Source: a phage
DNA length: 64,000 nucleotides
Strand: one strand, 5' to 3'
Sequence record: PZ445550.1
In this document: positions 10,229 through 20,419 of the stretch, piece after piece
How the letters are laid out: each line of letters begins with the position of its first letter
How positions within the stretch are numbered: position 1 is the stretch's first letter
Notes under the pieces: generated by a model
Databases searched by the model: none
What the model was told of the DNA's origin: nothing
The model's input: only the letters and a program-made list of their open reading frames with translations
Program-made: the position numbers and the translations under genes

Positions 10229-10597
10229 ATGACTAAACAACAATATTTAATACTTTGTGAGTCGATGGGTATTGAGCCTGATCCTAAAGCTATGCCTGTC
10301 GAACTTGAAGATTTTCCTCCTATTGTAGCTATTAGCATGAATATTTATAATAGTCTAGTTGACTGCTTCATACCAGGTGACTTTCCTATTTTTATAGGTA
10401 AAGACAAAGCTGCTTTAGGTGTTTTATTTGATATTTATGGGATCACTGACCCTATAGAAAAAGAATTCGTTCTACACATTATCAATATATTTGATGCTAA
10501 AGCTGTAGATGCTGCACGTAAACGCGCCGAGAAGCATAAACCGCAAAACGGAAGAATACCTAACGTTAAGCCACATGCTAGATCTCGAGCACGGTAA
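10229..10597 (+). CDS. Tail assembly chaperone, second ORF (possible frameshift partner)
   Basis: Reading frame is open from 10142, overlapping the end of the preceding chaperone ORF with no in-frame ATG; position before tape measure. Confidence 0.4.
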   Translation: MTKQQYLILCESMGIEPDPKAMPVELEDFPPIVAISMNIYNSLVDCFIPGDFPIFIGKDKAALGVLFDIYGITDPIEKEFVLHIINIFDAKAVDAARKRAEKHKPQNGRIPNVKPHARSRAR

Positions 10598-10632
10598 AAG
10601 TTTCCTCCAATGGGCGTTCCACGATGAGGCTT

Positions 10633-10665
10633 GGCTCTGGGTGATTTGCCCAGAGCCTTTTTTAT
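10633..10665 (+). terminator. Rho-independent terminator before tape measure gene
   Basis: Hairpin GGCTCTGGG-TGATTTG-CCCAGAGCC followed by TTTTTT. Confidence 0.65.
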
Positions 10666-10680
10666 TGGGAAAAATAAAAT

Positions 10681-13600
10681 ATGACTGATAAGCTAATACG
10701 AGAATTATTAATAGACGTTAAACAGAAGGGGGCAACTCGTACTGCAAAGTCTATTGAAAACGTAGCTGATGCATTAGAGAACGCTGCTGCTGCTTCTGAA
10801 CTAACAAATGAACAGTTAGGTAAAATGCCCAAAACTCTATACTCCATTGAGAGGGCAGCAGATAGAGCAGCAAAAAGTCTTACTAAAATGCAAGCTAGTA
10901 GAGGTATGGCTGGTATCACTAAATCCATTGATGGTATTGGTGATAAGCTAGATTACCTGGCTATCCAACTTATTGAAGTAACAGATAAACTAGAAATTGG
11001 ATTCGACGGAGTTTCTAGATCTGTTAAAGCAATGGGTAATGATGTTGCAGCTGCAACAGAGAAAGTTCAAGATAGATTGTATGATACCAATAGAGTTTTA
11101 GGGGGTACAACTAGAGGTTTTAATGATACTGCGGGTGCTGCTGGTAGAGCCTCTAGAGCTATTGGTAATACTTCTGGTTCAGCACGTGGTGCTACTCGTG
11201 ACTTTGCGGCAATGGCTAAAGTTGGCGGTGGCTTACCATTATTATATGCTGCTATAGCTTCTAACATCTTCGTTCTGCAATCTGCATTTGAACAACTTAA
11301 ACTAGGTGATCAGTTAAATCGTCTAGAAAAATTTGGTGTTATAGTTGGTACTCAGACTGGTACTCCAGTACAAACTCTAGCTAGATCCTTACAAGAAGCT
11401 GCTGGATATGCAATATCCTTTGAAGAAGCAATGAGACAGGCGTCCTCTGCTTCCGCTTATGGGTTTGATGCAGAACAACTTAATAAATTTGGTCTAGTAG
11501 CTCGCCGTGCTGCTGCTGTTCTTGGTGTTGATATGACTGATGCACTTAATCGTGTAATCAAAGGTGTATCTAAACAAGAAATTGAACTTCTGGATGAACT
11601 TGGCGTTACTATCCGTCTTAATGATGCTTATGCCGATTATGTTAAACAATTAAATGCGGCAAATACTGGTATAACATATAATGTTAATAGCCTTACTACT
11701 TTCCAGAAACAGCAAGCGTACGCCAACGCTGTTATAGCGGAGTCTACCAAACGCTTTGGATATCTAGATCAAGTATTGCGTGCTACCCCATGGGAACAGT
11801 TTGCTGCTAATGCTGATGCTGCATTAAGAACTATACAACAAGCTGCTGCTAAATATTTGGGTCCAGTCATTGATGCTATTAATACAGTGTTCTATACTTC
11901 ACAAGCCTCTGTATCAGCAGAAGCTGCTAGGGCACAGGAAAAAACCAATAGGCAGATAGATCCTACTAATGTGGGTGCTGTTGCTTTAAGTTTGGCTGCT
12001 TCTGAGGAAGGGTATAACAAAGCCTTAGATATGTATAAGGAATCGCTTGATAAGCGTAATAAACTTAAATCAGAATTTGACAAACGAATGGAGCAGGCAG
12101 ATTTTTACACAAAACTAGCAATACGACAAGTGGGAGAAGGTATTCCTATTGGTATTGCTGCTGCTGGTGCCTCTGAGGCTAATAAAAAATTCGTAGAAGA
12201 AACTGCCGCTATGGGTCTGCAAGTAACCAGATTAGGCAAAGAAGTAGAAGATTCTACCGAAAACCTTAATGCCTGGAAATCAGCCTATCAAGCTGCTGGA
12301 GCTGCTGCTGCAAAAGCTAATCCAGAGTTCCAAAAACAGATTAATCTACAAAAAGATACTACAGATCCAGATGCTGTATATGACTTTAACTCTACAGTAT
12401 TAAAAGGATTAACTGAACAACAGAAGGCATACAATCAAACTAAGAAAACTGCTAGTGATTTAGCTAATGATATACAGAACGTTGCACAGAATACAGATAC
12501 TGCCGCAAAAACTAGTGCTACTTTAGCAGATGCTATAAAAAATATAGAATCCTTGTCTCAGGGTACTGGAAAGAGTGCCGATGAGTACGTTAAGAATCTT
12601 AACTTAGGTTATAACACACTGTCTGAAATGAAAACTGCTTCTCAAGCCCTGTCTGAATATGTTAAATTAACAGGTAATGAGACTAAAAACCAACTAGCGG
12701 TCCAACAAAAGATAGCAGATGTATATAACCAGACTAAGGACAAGGAAAAAGCCCAAGAAGCTGGTAGACGTTTAGAGCTACAACAGTTAGAAGAACAAGA
12801 GGCTGCCCTACGTCGTGTTCTTCAAACAAACCAGGGAAATAAAGCTATTGAAGGTGAAATAGCTAAGTTACAGTTAGAAAAGCTCAAACTTACTAATCAG
12901 GGTATGGAAGCCCAGAAGAAGGTTAAAGACTATACAGATAAGATTCTAGGGGTAGATCGTGAAATAGCACTATTAAACGATCGTACTATGACTACTACAC
13001 AATATAGATTAGCCCAACTAAAACTGGAACTAACTATAGAGAAAGAGAAGTATGAATGGTATTCAAAACAAGCTGATAAGCAGAAGGAAGCTGAACAGTC
13101 TAGACGTGCTCAAGCGCAAATAAGTAGAGAACTATGGGAAGCAGAAAAGCAGGCTACTGCCACTCACGTATCTGCTCTTATGGAAGCTCTAGAGGTTAGC
13201 CAGACATCACGAAATGTTACTGGTCAGGCTCAGATTCTCACTGAAAGATTATCTGTTCTGCAAGAACAATTAGAGTTATCCAAGGGTAATACTGAGGAGG
13301 AAATTAAATATCGTAATGAGATCTATAAAACTTCAGCTGCTTTAGAACAACTTAGAAAACAAAGAGATAGCCAGATGCAGCAACAGGTAGGATCTTCAGT
13401 AGGTGCTGTATACACTCCTACAACTGGACTATCTGGAGAAGATAAAGATTTTGCCGATATGCAAAATAGACTGGCCTCTTATGATCAAGCAATCTCTAAA
13501 CTATCTGAGTTAAACTCTGAAGCAACTGCCGTAGCTCAAAGCATGGGTAATCTCACTAATGCTATGATCCAGTTCTCTCAGGGATCTCTAGATACTACTT

Positions 13601-14361
13601 CTCTAATTGCTTCTGGTATGCAGACTGTATCTTCTATGATTCAGTTCAGTACTAGTCAACAAGTTAGTGCTATTGATGCAGCTATTGCAGCAGAACAAAA
13701 ACGAGATGGTAAATCAGAAGCATCTAAAGCTAAATTGAAGAAGTTAGAAGCGGAAAAGCTGAAAATCCAGCAAGATGCGGCTAAGAAGCAGATTATCATC
13801 CAAACTGCAGTAGCAGTTATGCAGGCAGCCACAGCCGTTCCGTATCCGTTCTCTATTCCGTTAATGGTGGCGGCTGGATTAGCAGGTGCGTTGGCACTAG
13901 CACAAGCATCTTCTGCTTCTGGCATGTCAAGTATTGCTGATTCTGGAGCTGATACAACTAGTTACTTAACCCTGGGAGAGCGACAGAAAAACATAGATGT
14001 ATCTATGTCTGCTAATGCTGGAGAGTTATCCTATATTCGAGGTGATCAGGGTATAGGAGGTGCTAACTCTTTTGTACCTCGTGCCGAGGGCGGTAATATG
14101 TATCCAGGAGTTAGTTATCAGATGGGTGAACATGGTACGGAAGTAATTACCCCTATGGTTCCTATGAAAGCTACACCTAACGATGAGCTTAAAAACTCGT
14201 CTAGCTCAACTTCAGGAAGACCTATCGTCCTGAATATTAGTGCTATGGATGCTGCAAGTTTTAGGGAGTTTGCCTCTAGTAATAGCGGTGCTCTGAGAGA
14301 CGCAGTAGAATTAGCTTTAAATGAAAATGGTGCTAGTCTTAAAACATTAGGAAATTCTTAA
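10681..14361 (+). CDS. Tail tape measure protein (pb2-like)
   Basis: 1226 aa (T5 pb2 is 1219); long coiled-coil-rich ORF with hydrophobic segment near the C-terminus. Confidence 0.9.
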   Translation: MTDKLIRELLIDVKQKGATRTAKSIENVADALENAAAASELTNEQLGKMPKTLYSIERAADRAAKSLTKMQASRGMAGITKSIDGIGDKLDYLAIQLIEVTDKLEIGFDGVSRSVKAMGNDVAAATEKVQDRLYDTNRVLGGTTRGFNDTAGAAGRASRAIGNTSGSARGATRDFAAMAKVGGGLPLLYAAIASNIFVLQSAFEQLKLGDQLNRLEKFGVIVGTQTGTPVQTLARSLQEAAGYAISFEEAMRQASSASAYGFDAEQLNKFGLVARRAAAVLGVDMTDALNRVIKGVSKQEIELLDELGVTIRLNDAYADYVKQLNAANTGITYNVNSLTTFQKQQAYANAVIAESTKRFGYLDQVLRATPWEQFAANADAALRTIQQAAAKYLGPVIDAINTVFYTSQASVSAEAARAQEKTNRQIDPTNVGAVALSLAASEEGYNKALDMYKESLDKRNKLKSEFDKRMEQADFYTKLAIRQVGEGIPIGIAAAGASEANKKFVEETAAMGLQVTRLGKEVEDSTENLNAWKSAYQAAGAAAAKANPEFQKQINLQKDTTDPDAVYDFNSTVLKGLTEQQKAYNQTKKTASDLANDIQNVAQNTDTAAKTSATLADAIKNIESLSQGTGKSADEYVKNLNLGYNTLSEMKTASQALSEYVKLTGNETKNQLAVQQKIADVYNQTKDKEKAQEAGRRLELQQLEEQEAALRRVLQTNQGNKAIEGEIAKLQLEKLKLTNQGMEAQKKVKDYTDKILGVDREIALLNDRTMTTTQYRLAQLKLELTIEKEKYEWYSKQADKQKEAEQSRRAQAQISRELWEAEKQATATHVSALMEALEVSQTSRNVTGQAQILTERLSVLQEQLELSKGNTEEEIKYRNEIYKTSAALEQLRKQRDSQMQQQVGSSVGAVYTPTTGLSGEDKDFADMQNRLASYDQAISKLSELNSEATAVAQSMGNLTNAMIQFSQGSLDTTSLIASGMQTVSSMIQFSTSQQVSAIDAAIAAEQKRDGKSEASKAKLKKLEAEKLKIQQDAAKKQIIIQTAVAVMQAATAVPYPFSIPLMVAAGLAGALALAQASSASGMSSIADSGADTTSYLTLGERQKNIDVSMSANAGELSYIRGDQGIGGANSFVPRAEGGNMYPGVSYQMGEHGTEVITPMVPMKATPNDELKNSSSSTSGRPIVLNISAMDAASFREFASSNSGALRDAVELALNENGASLKTLGNS

Positions 14362-14364
14362 AAC

Positions 14365-14396
14365 TGGAGGAGGACTTTGAGTCCTCCTTTTCTTTA
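14365..14396 (+). terminator. Rho-independent terminator after tape measure gene
   Basis: Hairpin AGGAGGACT-TTG-AGTCCTCCT followed by a T-run. Confidence 0.65.
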
Positions 14397-14414
14397 TGGA
14401 AAAATAAAAATTTC

Positions 14415-14443
14415 TTGATAAAATTTTCTAATACTATTATAAT
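14415..14443 (+). promoter_or_regulatory. Sigma70-like promoter upstream of distal tail protein gene
   Basis: TTGATA, 17-bp spacer, TATAAT; then AGGAG ribosome-binding site and ATG at 14471. Confidence 0.45.
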
Positions 14444-14470
14444 AATCATATCTAAGAGGAGAAATTAACT

Positions 14471-15085
14471 ATGAGATTACCAGACCCATACACGAATCCA
14501 GAACTTTCAGGCTTAGGATTCGAAAGTGTTAACCTGATTGATAATGACCCCGTAATTCGTGATGAGTTACCAAATGGTAAAGTTAACGAAGTTAAGGTAT
14601 CCGCTCAATACTGGGGTATAAATATTTCTTATCCAGAATTATTTCCAGATGAATATAGTGTTCTAGATGCTTTTATTCTAGAATACAAAAGGACTGGTAG
14701 TTATATAGATGTTATACTACCACAATATGAGGCCTTTAGAGTTAGAGGTAATACTAGTCTAGTAAATATACCTGCTGGGCAGAAGGGTTCTAATATAACT
14801 ATGGATACTAAAGGGATCCTCACAGGTACTCCAAAACCTGGAGACCTATTTAAGCTGTCCAACCACCCAAAAGTGTATAAAATAACATCATTTAACAAAT
14901 CAGGTAACACATGGTCTATAAATTTATACCCTGATTTATTTGTAACTACTACTGGAGCTGAGAAGCCAGTATTTAATGGAATACTCTTTAGAACAAAACT
15001 CATGAATGGTGATGCTTTCGGATCTACATTAAATAATAACGGGACATATTCCGGCATCTCATTAAACTTACGGGAAAGTCTATGA
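14471..15085 (+). CDS. Distal tail protein (pb9-like)
   Basis: 204 aa, same length as T5 pb9; directly follows tape measure. Confidence 0.75.
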   Translation: MRLPDPYTNPELSGLGFESVNLIDNDPVIRDELPNGKVNEVKVSAQYWGINISYPELFPDEYSVLDAFILEYKRTGSYIDVILPQYEAFRVRGNTSLVNIPAGQKGSNITMDTKGILTGTPKPGDLFKLSNHPKVYKITSFNKSGNTWSINLYPDLFVTTTGAEKPVFNGILFRTKLMNGDAFGSTLNNNGTYSGISLNLRESL

Positions 15086-17931
15086 AAAAAATACTAGATA
15101 GTGCTAGAAACTACTTAAAAAATAATAGTAGAATAAAAACTGCTAGTCTAATTTCTCTAGAGTTGCCTGGCTCTACTGGTACTAGTACTGCTTTTATTTA
15201 TTTAACTGATTATTTTAGAGATGTATTATATAACGGTATTCTATATCAGGCTGGTAAGGTTAAGTCTATTAGCTCTCATAAACAAAATAGAGATTTATCT
15301 ATTGGTAGTCTATCTTTTACTATTACTGGTACAGCACAGGATGAGGTACTAAAACTAGTACAGAATGGCGTATCCTTCTTAGATAGAACAGTATCAATTC
15401 ACCAAGCAATTATTACCGAGGATGGTTCTATTTTACCAGTAGATCCAGATACAAATGGCCCTTTACTATATTTTAGAGGGAAAATTACTGGTGGAGGTAT
15501 TAAGGACAACGTTAGTACCTCTGGAGTCGGAACCTCTACAATTACTTGGAATTGTTCTAACCAGTTCTATGACTTCGATAGAGTTAATGGTAGATATACT
15601 GATGATGCTTCCCATAGAGGACTTGAAGTTGTAGCAGGACAATTAGTTCCGTCTAACGGTGCTAAAAGACCTGAGTACCAAGAAGACTATGGGTTCTTTC
15701 ATGCCAATAAAAGTATATCTATACTAGCAAAGTATCAGGTACAGGAAGAAAGATATAAGCTAAAGTCTAAGAAAAAACTATTTGGTTTATCTAGAAGCTA
15801 TAGTCTTAAAAAATACTATGAGACTGTTACTAAAGAAGTAGATATAGATTTTAACCTTGCTGCTAAATATATACCAGTAGTTTATGGTGTACAGAAAATA
15901 CCTGGAATACCTGTTTTTGCTGATACAGAACTACACAATCCTAATATAGTTTACGTAGTGTATGCCTTTGCTGAGGGGGAAATAGACGGTTTTCTTGACT
16001 TTTCCTTTGGCGATAATCCTATGATTTGTATGGATGCTAATGATAGCTCTGCCAGAACCTGCTTTGGAGTTAAAAAAGTAGCCGGAGATACCATGCAAAG
16101 AATAGCATCCGGAACATCTTCTAGTAGTCCTTCCGTACATGGACAAGAGTATAAATACAACGATGGTAATGGTGATATAAGAATTTGGACTTATCATGGA
16201 AAATCTAATCAAACGGCTTCTGAAGTATTAGTAAACATAGCGAAAGAACGTGGGTTCTACCTTCAAAACATGAATGGCAATGGACCTGAATACTGGGATG
16301 CTAGGTATAAGCTACTAGATACTGCATACGCGGTAGTGCGCTTTACTATTAATGAAAATAGAACTGAGATTCCAGAAGTTAGTGCTGAGATTCAGGGTAA
16401 GAAGATAAAAATCTATCATTCTGATGGTAGAGTAACTGCTAATAGTACTAGTTTAAATGGTATCTGGCAAACACTTGATTACTTAACTTCAGATAGATAC
16501 GGCGCTAACATTACTATTGATCAGTTCCCACTTCAGCAATTGATACAAGAAGCAGCTATCTTAGATATTATAGATGAATCCTACCAAGTATCTTGGCAGC
16601 CATACTGGAGATACGTTGGGTGGACTGATCCATTAGCAGAAAATAGACAAATAGTACAAATGAATACTATTCTAGATACATCTGAATCAGTATTTAAAAA
16701 TGTGCAAGGTTTGTTAGAGTCCTATGGTGGGGCTATTAACAACTTATCTGGCCAGTATAGGGTTACTGTAGAAAAATACTCTAATACTCCATTAGAGATT
16801 AATTTTCTGGATACTTACGGTGATTTGGAGCTATCAGATACTACTGGTAGAAATAAATTCAACTCAGTTCAAGCATCTATCGTAGATCCTGCCCTTAGCT
16901 GGAAAACTAATGCTATTACTTTTTACAACTCTAAATATAAAGAGCAAGATAAAAATCTAGACAAAAAATTACAGTTATCTTTTGCAAATATAACTAACTA
17001 CTACACCGCTAGAAGTTTTGCAGATAGAGAGCTTAAAAAATCTAGATATTCTAGAACCCTCTCATTTTCTTTACCATATCAATTCATTGGTATTGAGCCT
17101 AACGATGCTATTGCATTTACGTATGACCGTTACGGATGGAATAAGAAGTACTTTCTAGTAGATGAAGTTGAAAATTCTAGAGAAGGAAAGATAAACGTTA
17201 CCCTACAGGAGTATGGAGAAGATGTATTTATCAACTCCGATCAAGTAGATAACAGTGGTAATGATATACCAGATATTAGTAATAACGTTCTTCCTCCTAG
17301 AGACTTTAAATATACTCCTACTCCTGGCGGCTTAGTTGGGTCTATAGGGAAAAATGGTGAACTATCTTGGCTTCCAAGTTTAACCAATAATGTAGTTTAC
17401 TATTCCATAGTACATTCTGGCCATGCTGAGCCTTATATAGTACAACAACTAGAAACCAACCCTAATGAGAGGATGATTCAAGAGATAATTGGTGAACCTG
17501 CTGGCTTAGCAATATTTGAGATAAGAGCTGTAGATATTAATGGTAGAAGAAGCTCTCCTGTAACATTATCTATAGAACTTAACTCTGCTAAAAACCTAAG
17601 TGTGGTATCTAATTTTAGGGTAACTAATACGGCTTCTGGGGACGTGACTGAATTTGTTGGTCCAGATGTAAAACTAGCTTGGGATAGGATACCAGAAGAA
17701 GATATAATAGAAAGTATATTCTATACTCTGGAAATCTATGATTCTCAAAATAGAATGTTAAGAAGTGTACGTATTGAAAACCAGTATACTTATGACTATT
17801 TATTAATATATAATAAGGCAGATTTCGCTCTCCATAATAGTGGTGCTCTAGGAATTAACAGGAAACTATACTTCCGTATTAGAGCAGAAGGAGATGATGG
17901 AGAACAGTCTGTTAGTTGGGCTACTATTTAA
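15082..17931 (+). CDS. Baseplate hub protein (pb3-like)
   Basis: 949 aa, same length as T5 pb3; conserved position. Confidence 0.8.
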   Translation: MKKILDSARNYLKNNSRIKTASLISLELPGSTGTSTAFIYLTDYFRDVLYNGILYQAGKVKSISSHKQNRDLSIGSLSFTITGTAQDEVLKLVQNGVSFLDRTVSIHQAIITEDGSILPVDPDTNGPLLYFRGKITGGGIKDNVSTSGVGTSTITWNCSNQFYDFDRVNGRYTDDASHRGLEVVAGQLVPSNGAKRPEYQEDYGFFHANKSISILAKYQVQEERYKLKSKKKLFGLSRSYSLKKYYETVTKEVDIDFNLAAKYIPVVYGVQKIPGIPVFADTELHNPNIVYVVYAFAEGEIDGFLDFSFGDNPMICMDANDSSARTCFGVKKVAGDTMQRIASGTSSSSPSVHGQEYKYNDGNGDIRIWTYHGKSNQTASEVLVNIAKERGFYLQNMNGNGPEYWDARYKLLDTAYAVVRFTINENRTEIPEVSAEIQGKKIKIYHSDGRVTANSTSLNGIWQTLDYLTSDRYGANITIDQFPLQQLIQEAAILDIIDESYQVSWQPYWRYVGWTDPLAENRQIVQMNTILDTSESVFKNVQGLLESYGGAINNLSGQYRVTVEKYSNTPLEINFLDTYGDLELSDTTGRNKFNSVQASIVDPALSWKTNAITFYNSKYKEQDKNLDKKLQLSFANITNYYTARSFADRELKKSRYSRTLSFSLPYQFIGIEPNDAIAFTYDRYGWNKKYFLVDEVENSREGKINVTLQEYGEDVFINSDQVDNSGNDIPDISNNVLPPRDFKYTPTPGGLVGSIGKNGELSWLPSLTNNVVYYSIVHSGHAEPYIVQQLETNPNERMIQEIIGEPAGLAIFEIRAVDINGRRSSPVTLSIELNSAKNLSVVSNFRVTNTASGDVTEFVGPDVKLAWDRIPEEDIIESIFYTLEIYDSQNRMLRSVRIENQYTYDYLLIYNKADFALHNSGALGINRKLYFRIRAEGDDGEQSVSWATI

Positions 17932-19989
17932 ATGATTTCAAATAATGCACCAGCTAAAATGGTTCTAAATAGCGTCTTAACTGGATATACGATGGCGTAT
18001 ATCCAGCATTCTATTTACTCAGATTATGACGTTATAGGTAGATCTTTTTGGCTAAAAGAAGGCAGTAATATTACTCGTAGAGACTTCGCGGGAATTGATA
18101 CCTTTTCTGTAACTATTAATAATCTAAAACCTACAACAACCTATGAAGTTCAGGGTGCATTTTATGACTCGATAATAGACTCTGAACTACTTAATGCCCA
18201 GATAGGTATTAATCTATCTGATAAGCAAACCTTTAAAATGAAATCTGCACCTAGAATTACCAGTGCTAGGTGTGAATCTGAACCTGTAGATGTAGGTGTT
18301 GGTGCCCCAATAGTTTATATTGATACTACAGGTGAAGCTGATTACTGCACTGTAGAATTAAAAGATAACTCTAGTGCTAATAATCCTTGGGTTAAATATT
18401 ACGTTGGTGCATTAATGCCAACTATCATGTTTGGTGGTGTGCCAATTGGATTCTATAAAGTCAGAATTTCGGGGCAGGTAAGTCTACCAGATGGTGTTAC
18501 TATAGATTCCTCTGGCTATTATGAATATCCTACTGTTTTTGAGGTTAAATATAATTTTGTACCACCTACTGCTCCCACCAATATTGTTTTTAAGGCTGCA
18601 AGAATTGCGGATGGTAAAGAAAGGTATGATTTACGAGTTCAATGGGATTGGAATAGAGGTGCTGGAGCTAATGTTCGTGAGTTTGTTCTTTCCTATATAA
18701 ATTCTGCTGAATATGCAAAAAGCGGATGGACTAAGGCTCAAAAAATAAACGTTGGGGCTGCCCAGGCTGCAACTATTATTTCCTTTCCGTGGAAAGTAGA
18801 ACATAAGTTTAAGGTATCTTCTATAGCTTGGGGGCCAGATGCCCAAGACGTTACTGATTCAGCTGTACAAACTTTTGTACTAAATGAAGATACTCCTTTA
18901 GATAATAGTTTTGTAAATGAAACCGGAATAGAAGTAAACTACGCATATATTAAGGGTAAGATCAAAGATGGTTCAACTTGGAAACAAACGTTCTTAATCG
19001 ATGCTGCTACCGGTGCAATTAATATTGGGCTCTTAGATTCTGAGGGAAAATCACCCATCTCTTTTGACCCCATTAAAAAGATAGTTAACGTTGATGGTAG
19101 TGTAATAACTAAAACTATTAATGCTGCTAATTTCGTTATGACCAATTTAACTGGTCAAGATAATCCGGCTATTTACACTCAAGGTAAAACTTGGGGAGAT
19201 ACAAAATCTGGTATCTGGATGGGGATGGATAATGTAACTGCTAAACCTAAGTTAGATATTGGTAATGCTACGCAGTATATTCGCTATGATGGTACTACCC
19301 TACGTATTTCCAGTGGAGTAGTTATAGGTACTCCTAATGGTGATGTTGATCTTGGTACTGGTATGCAAGGTAAGCAAACAGTATTTATCTATAAACTTGG
19401 TAAAAGCCTACCTGCTAAACCATTAGAGCAGGATTATCCTCCTCCTGGCTGGTCTAAAACACCACCTAATCGTTCTGATATGACTCAGAATATCTATGCT
19501 ACTACTGGTACTCTAGATCCTGTTACAAATAAGTTATTGGAAGGTACTAGTTGGGCGGATGTTGTTCAGTGGAGTGGTACTGAAGGTACTATTGGTGCAG
19601 ATGGACAGCGAGGTCCTGGCATGTATTCTCTTGGAGTAGCAGGACTAGGTGGTTGGGACGACAGCCGTGCTAACTCCTTTTTCCAAAGTAACTTTGGCTC
19701 TCCGCCAGTTAAATATGATGTATTAACTCAATTTAATAGCAATTCTCCTCAAACGGCATTTACTAGACAATGGAATGGTTCATCGTGGGTTAGTCCTGCT
19801 ATGGTTTTACACGGTGATATGATAGTTAACGGTACAGTAACTGCAAGTAAAATTGTTGCCAGTAACGCTTTCTTATCACAAATTGGTGTAAATATTATAT
19901 ATGATCGTGCAGCAGCACTATCCTCTAACCCGGAGGGATCTTACAAAATGAAGATAGACCTGCAAAACGGGTATATCCATATAAGGTAA
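17932..19989 (+). CDS. Central straight-fibre / tail tip protein (pb4-like)
   Basis: 685 aa (T5 pb4 is 688); follows the hub gene. Confidence 0.7.
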   Translation: MISNNAPAKMVLNSVLTGYTMAYIQHSIYSDYDVIGRSFWLKEGSNITRRDFAGIDTFSVTINNLKPTTTYEVQGAFYDSIIDSELLNAQIGINLSDKQTFKMKSAPRITSARCESEPVDVGVGAPIVYIDTTGEADYCTVELKDNSSANNPWVKYYVGALMPTIMFGGVPIGFYKVRISGQVSLPDGVTIDSSGYYEYPTVFEVKYNFVPPTAPTNIVFKAARIADGKERYDLRVQWDWNRGAGANVREFVLSYINSAEYAKSGWTKAQKINVGAAQAATIISFPWKVEHKFKVSSIAWGPDAQDVTDSAVQTFVLNEDTPLDNSFVNETGIEVNYAYIKGKIKDGSTWKQTFLIDAATGAINIGLLDSEGKSPISFDPIKKIVNVDGSVITKTINAANFVMTNLTGQDNPAIYTQGKTWGDTKSGIWMGMDNVTAKPKLDIGNATQYIRYDGTTLRISSGVVIGTPNGDVDLGTGMQGKQTVFIYKLGKSLPAKPLEQDYPPPGWSKTPPNRSDMTQNIYATTGTLDPVTNKLLEGTSWADVVQWSGTEGTIGADGQRGPGMYSLGVAGLGGWDDSRANSFFQSNFGSPPVKYDVLTQFNSNSPQTAFTRQWNGSSWVSPAMVLHGDMIVNGTVTASKIVASNAFLSQIGVNIIYDRAAALSSNPEGSYKMKIDLQNGYIHIR

Positions 19990-19996
19990 TTAAATA

Positions 19997-20419
19997 ATGA
20001 GTACTGAAAATAGAGTTATAGATCTAGTAATAGATGAAAAAGTACCTTATGGTTTAATGATGCAATTCCTAGACGTTGATGATAGTACTTATCCACCAAC
20101 TAATACTCCAGTTAATCTAACTGGATACTCTCTAAGGGGGACTATAAAAAGTAGCTTAGATGAGAATGCGGAAACCTTAGCATCATTCACTACTAAAATT
20201 ATTGATGCTGCTCAAGGGGCTGTGGCTATAAGTTTACCTGTAGAATCCGTGGAAAATATAGGAGCTAAAGCATCTAAAGATAGGGATAAATATAACCCTC
20301 GTCAGCGATTCGCAGGATACTATGATATAATTATGACTAGAGATGTTATAGGATCTGCAATTAGCTCCTTTCGTATAATGGAGGGTAAAGTATTTATCAG
20401 TGATGGGGTAACTAAATAA
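19997..20419 (+). CDS. Collar protein (p132-like)
   Basis: 140 aa, same length as T5 p132; immediately upstream of tail fibre gene. Confidence 0.55.
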   Translation: MSTENRVIDLVIDEKVPYGLMMQFLDVDDSTYPPTNTPVNLTGYSLRGTIKSSLDENAETLASFTTKIIDAAQGAVAISLPVESVENIGAKASKDRDKYNPRQRFAGYYDIIMTRDVIGSAISSFRIMEGKVFISDGVTK

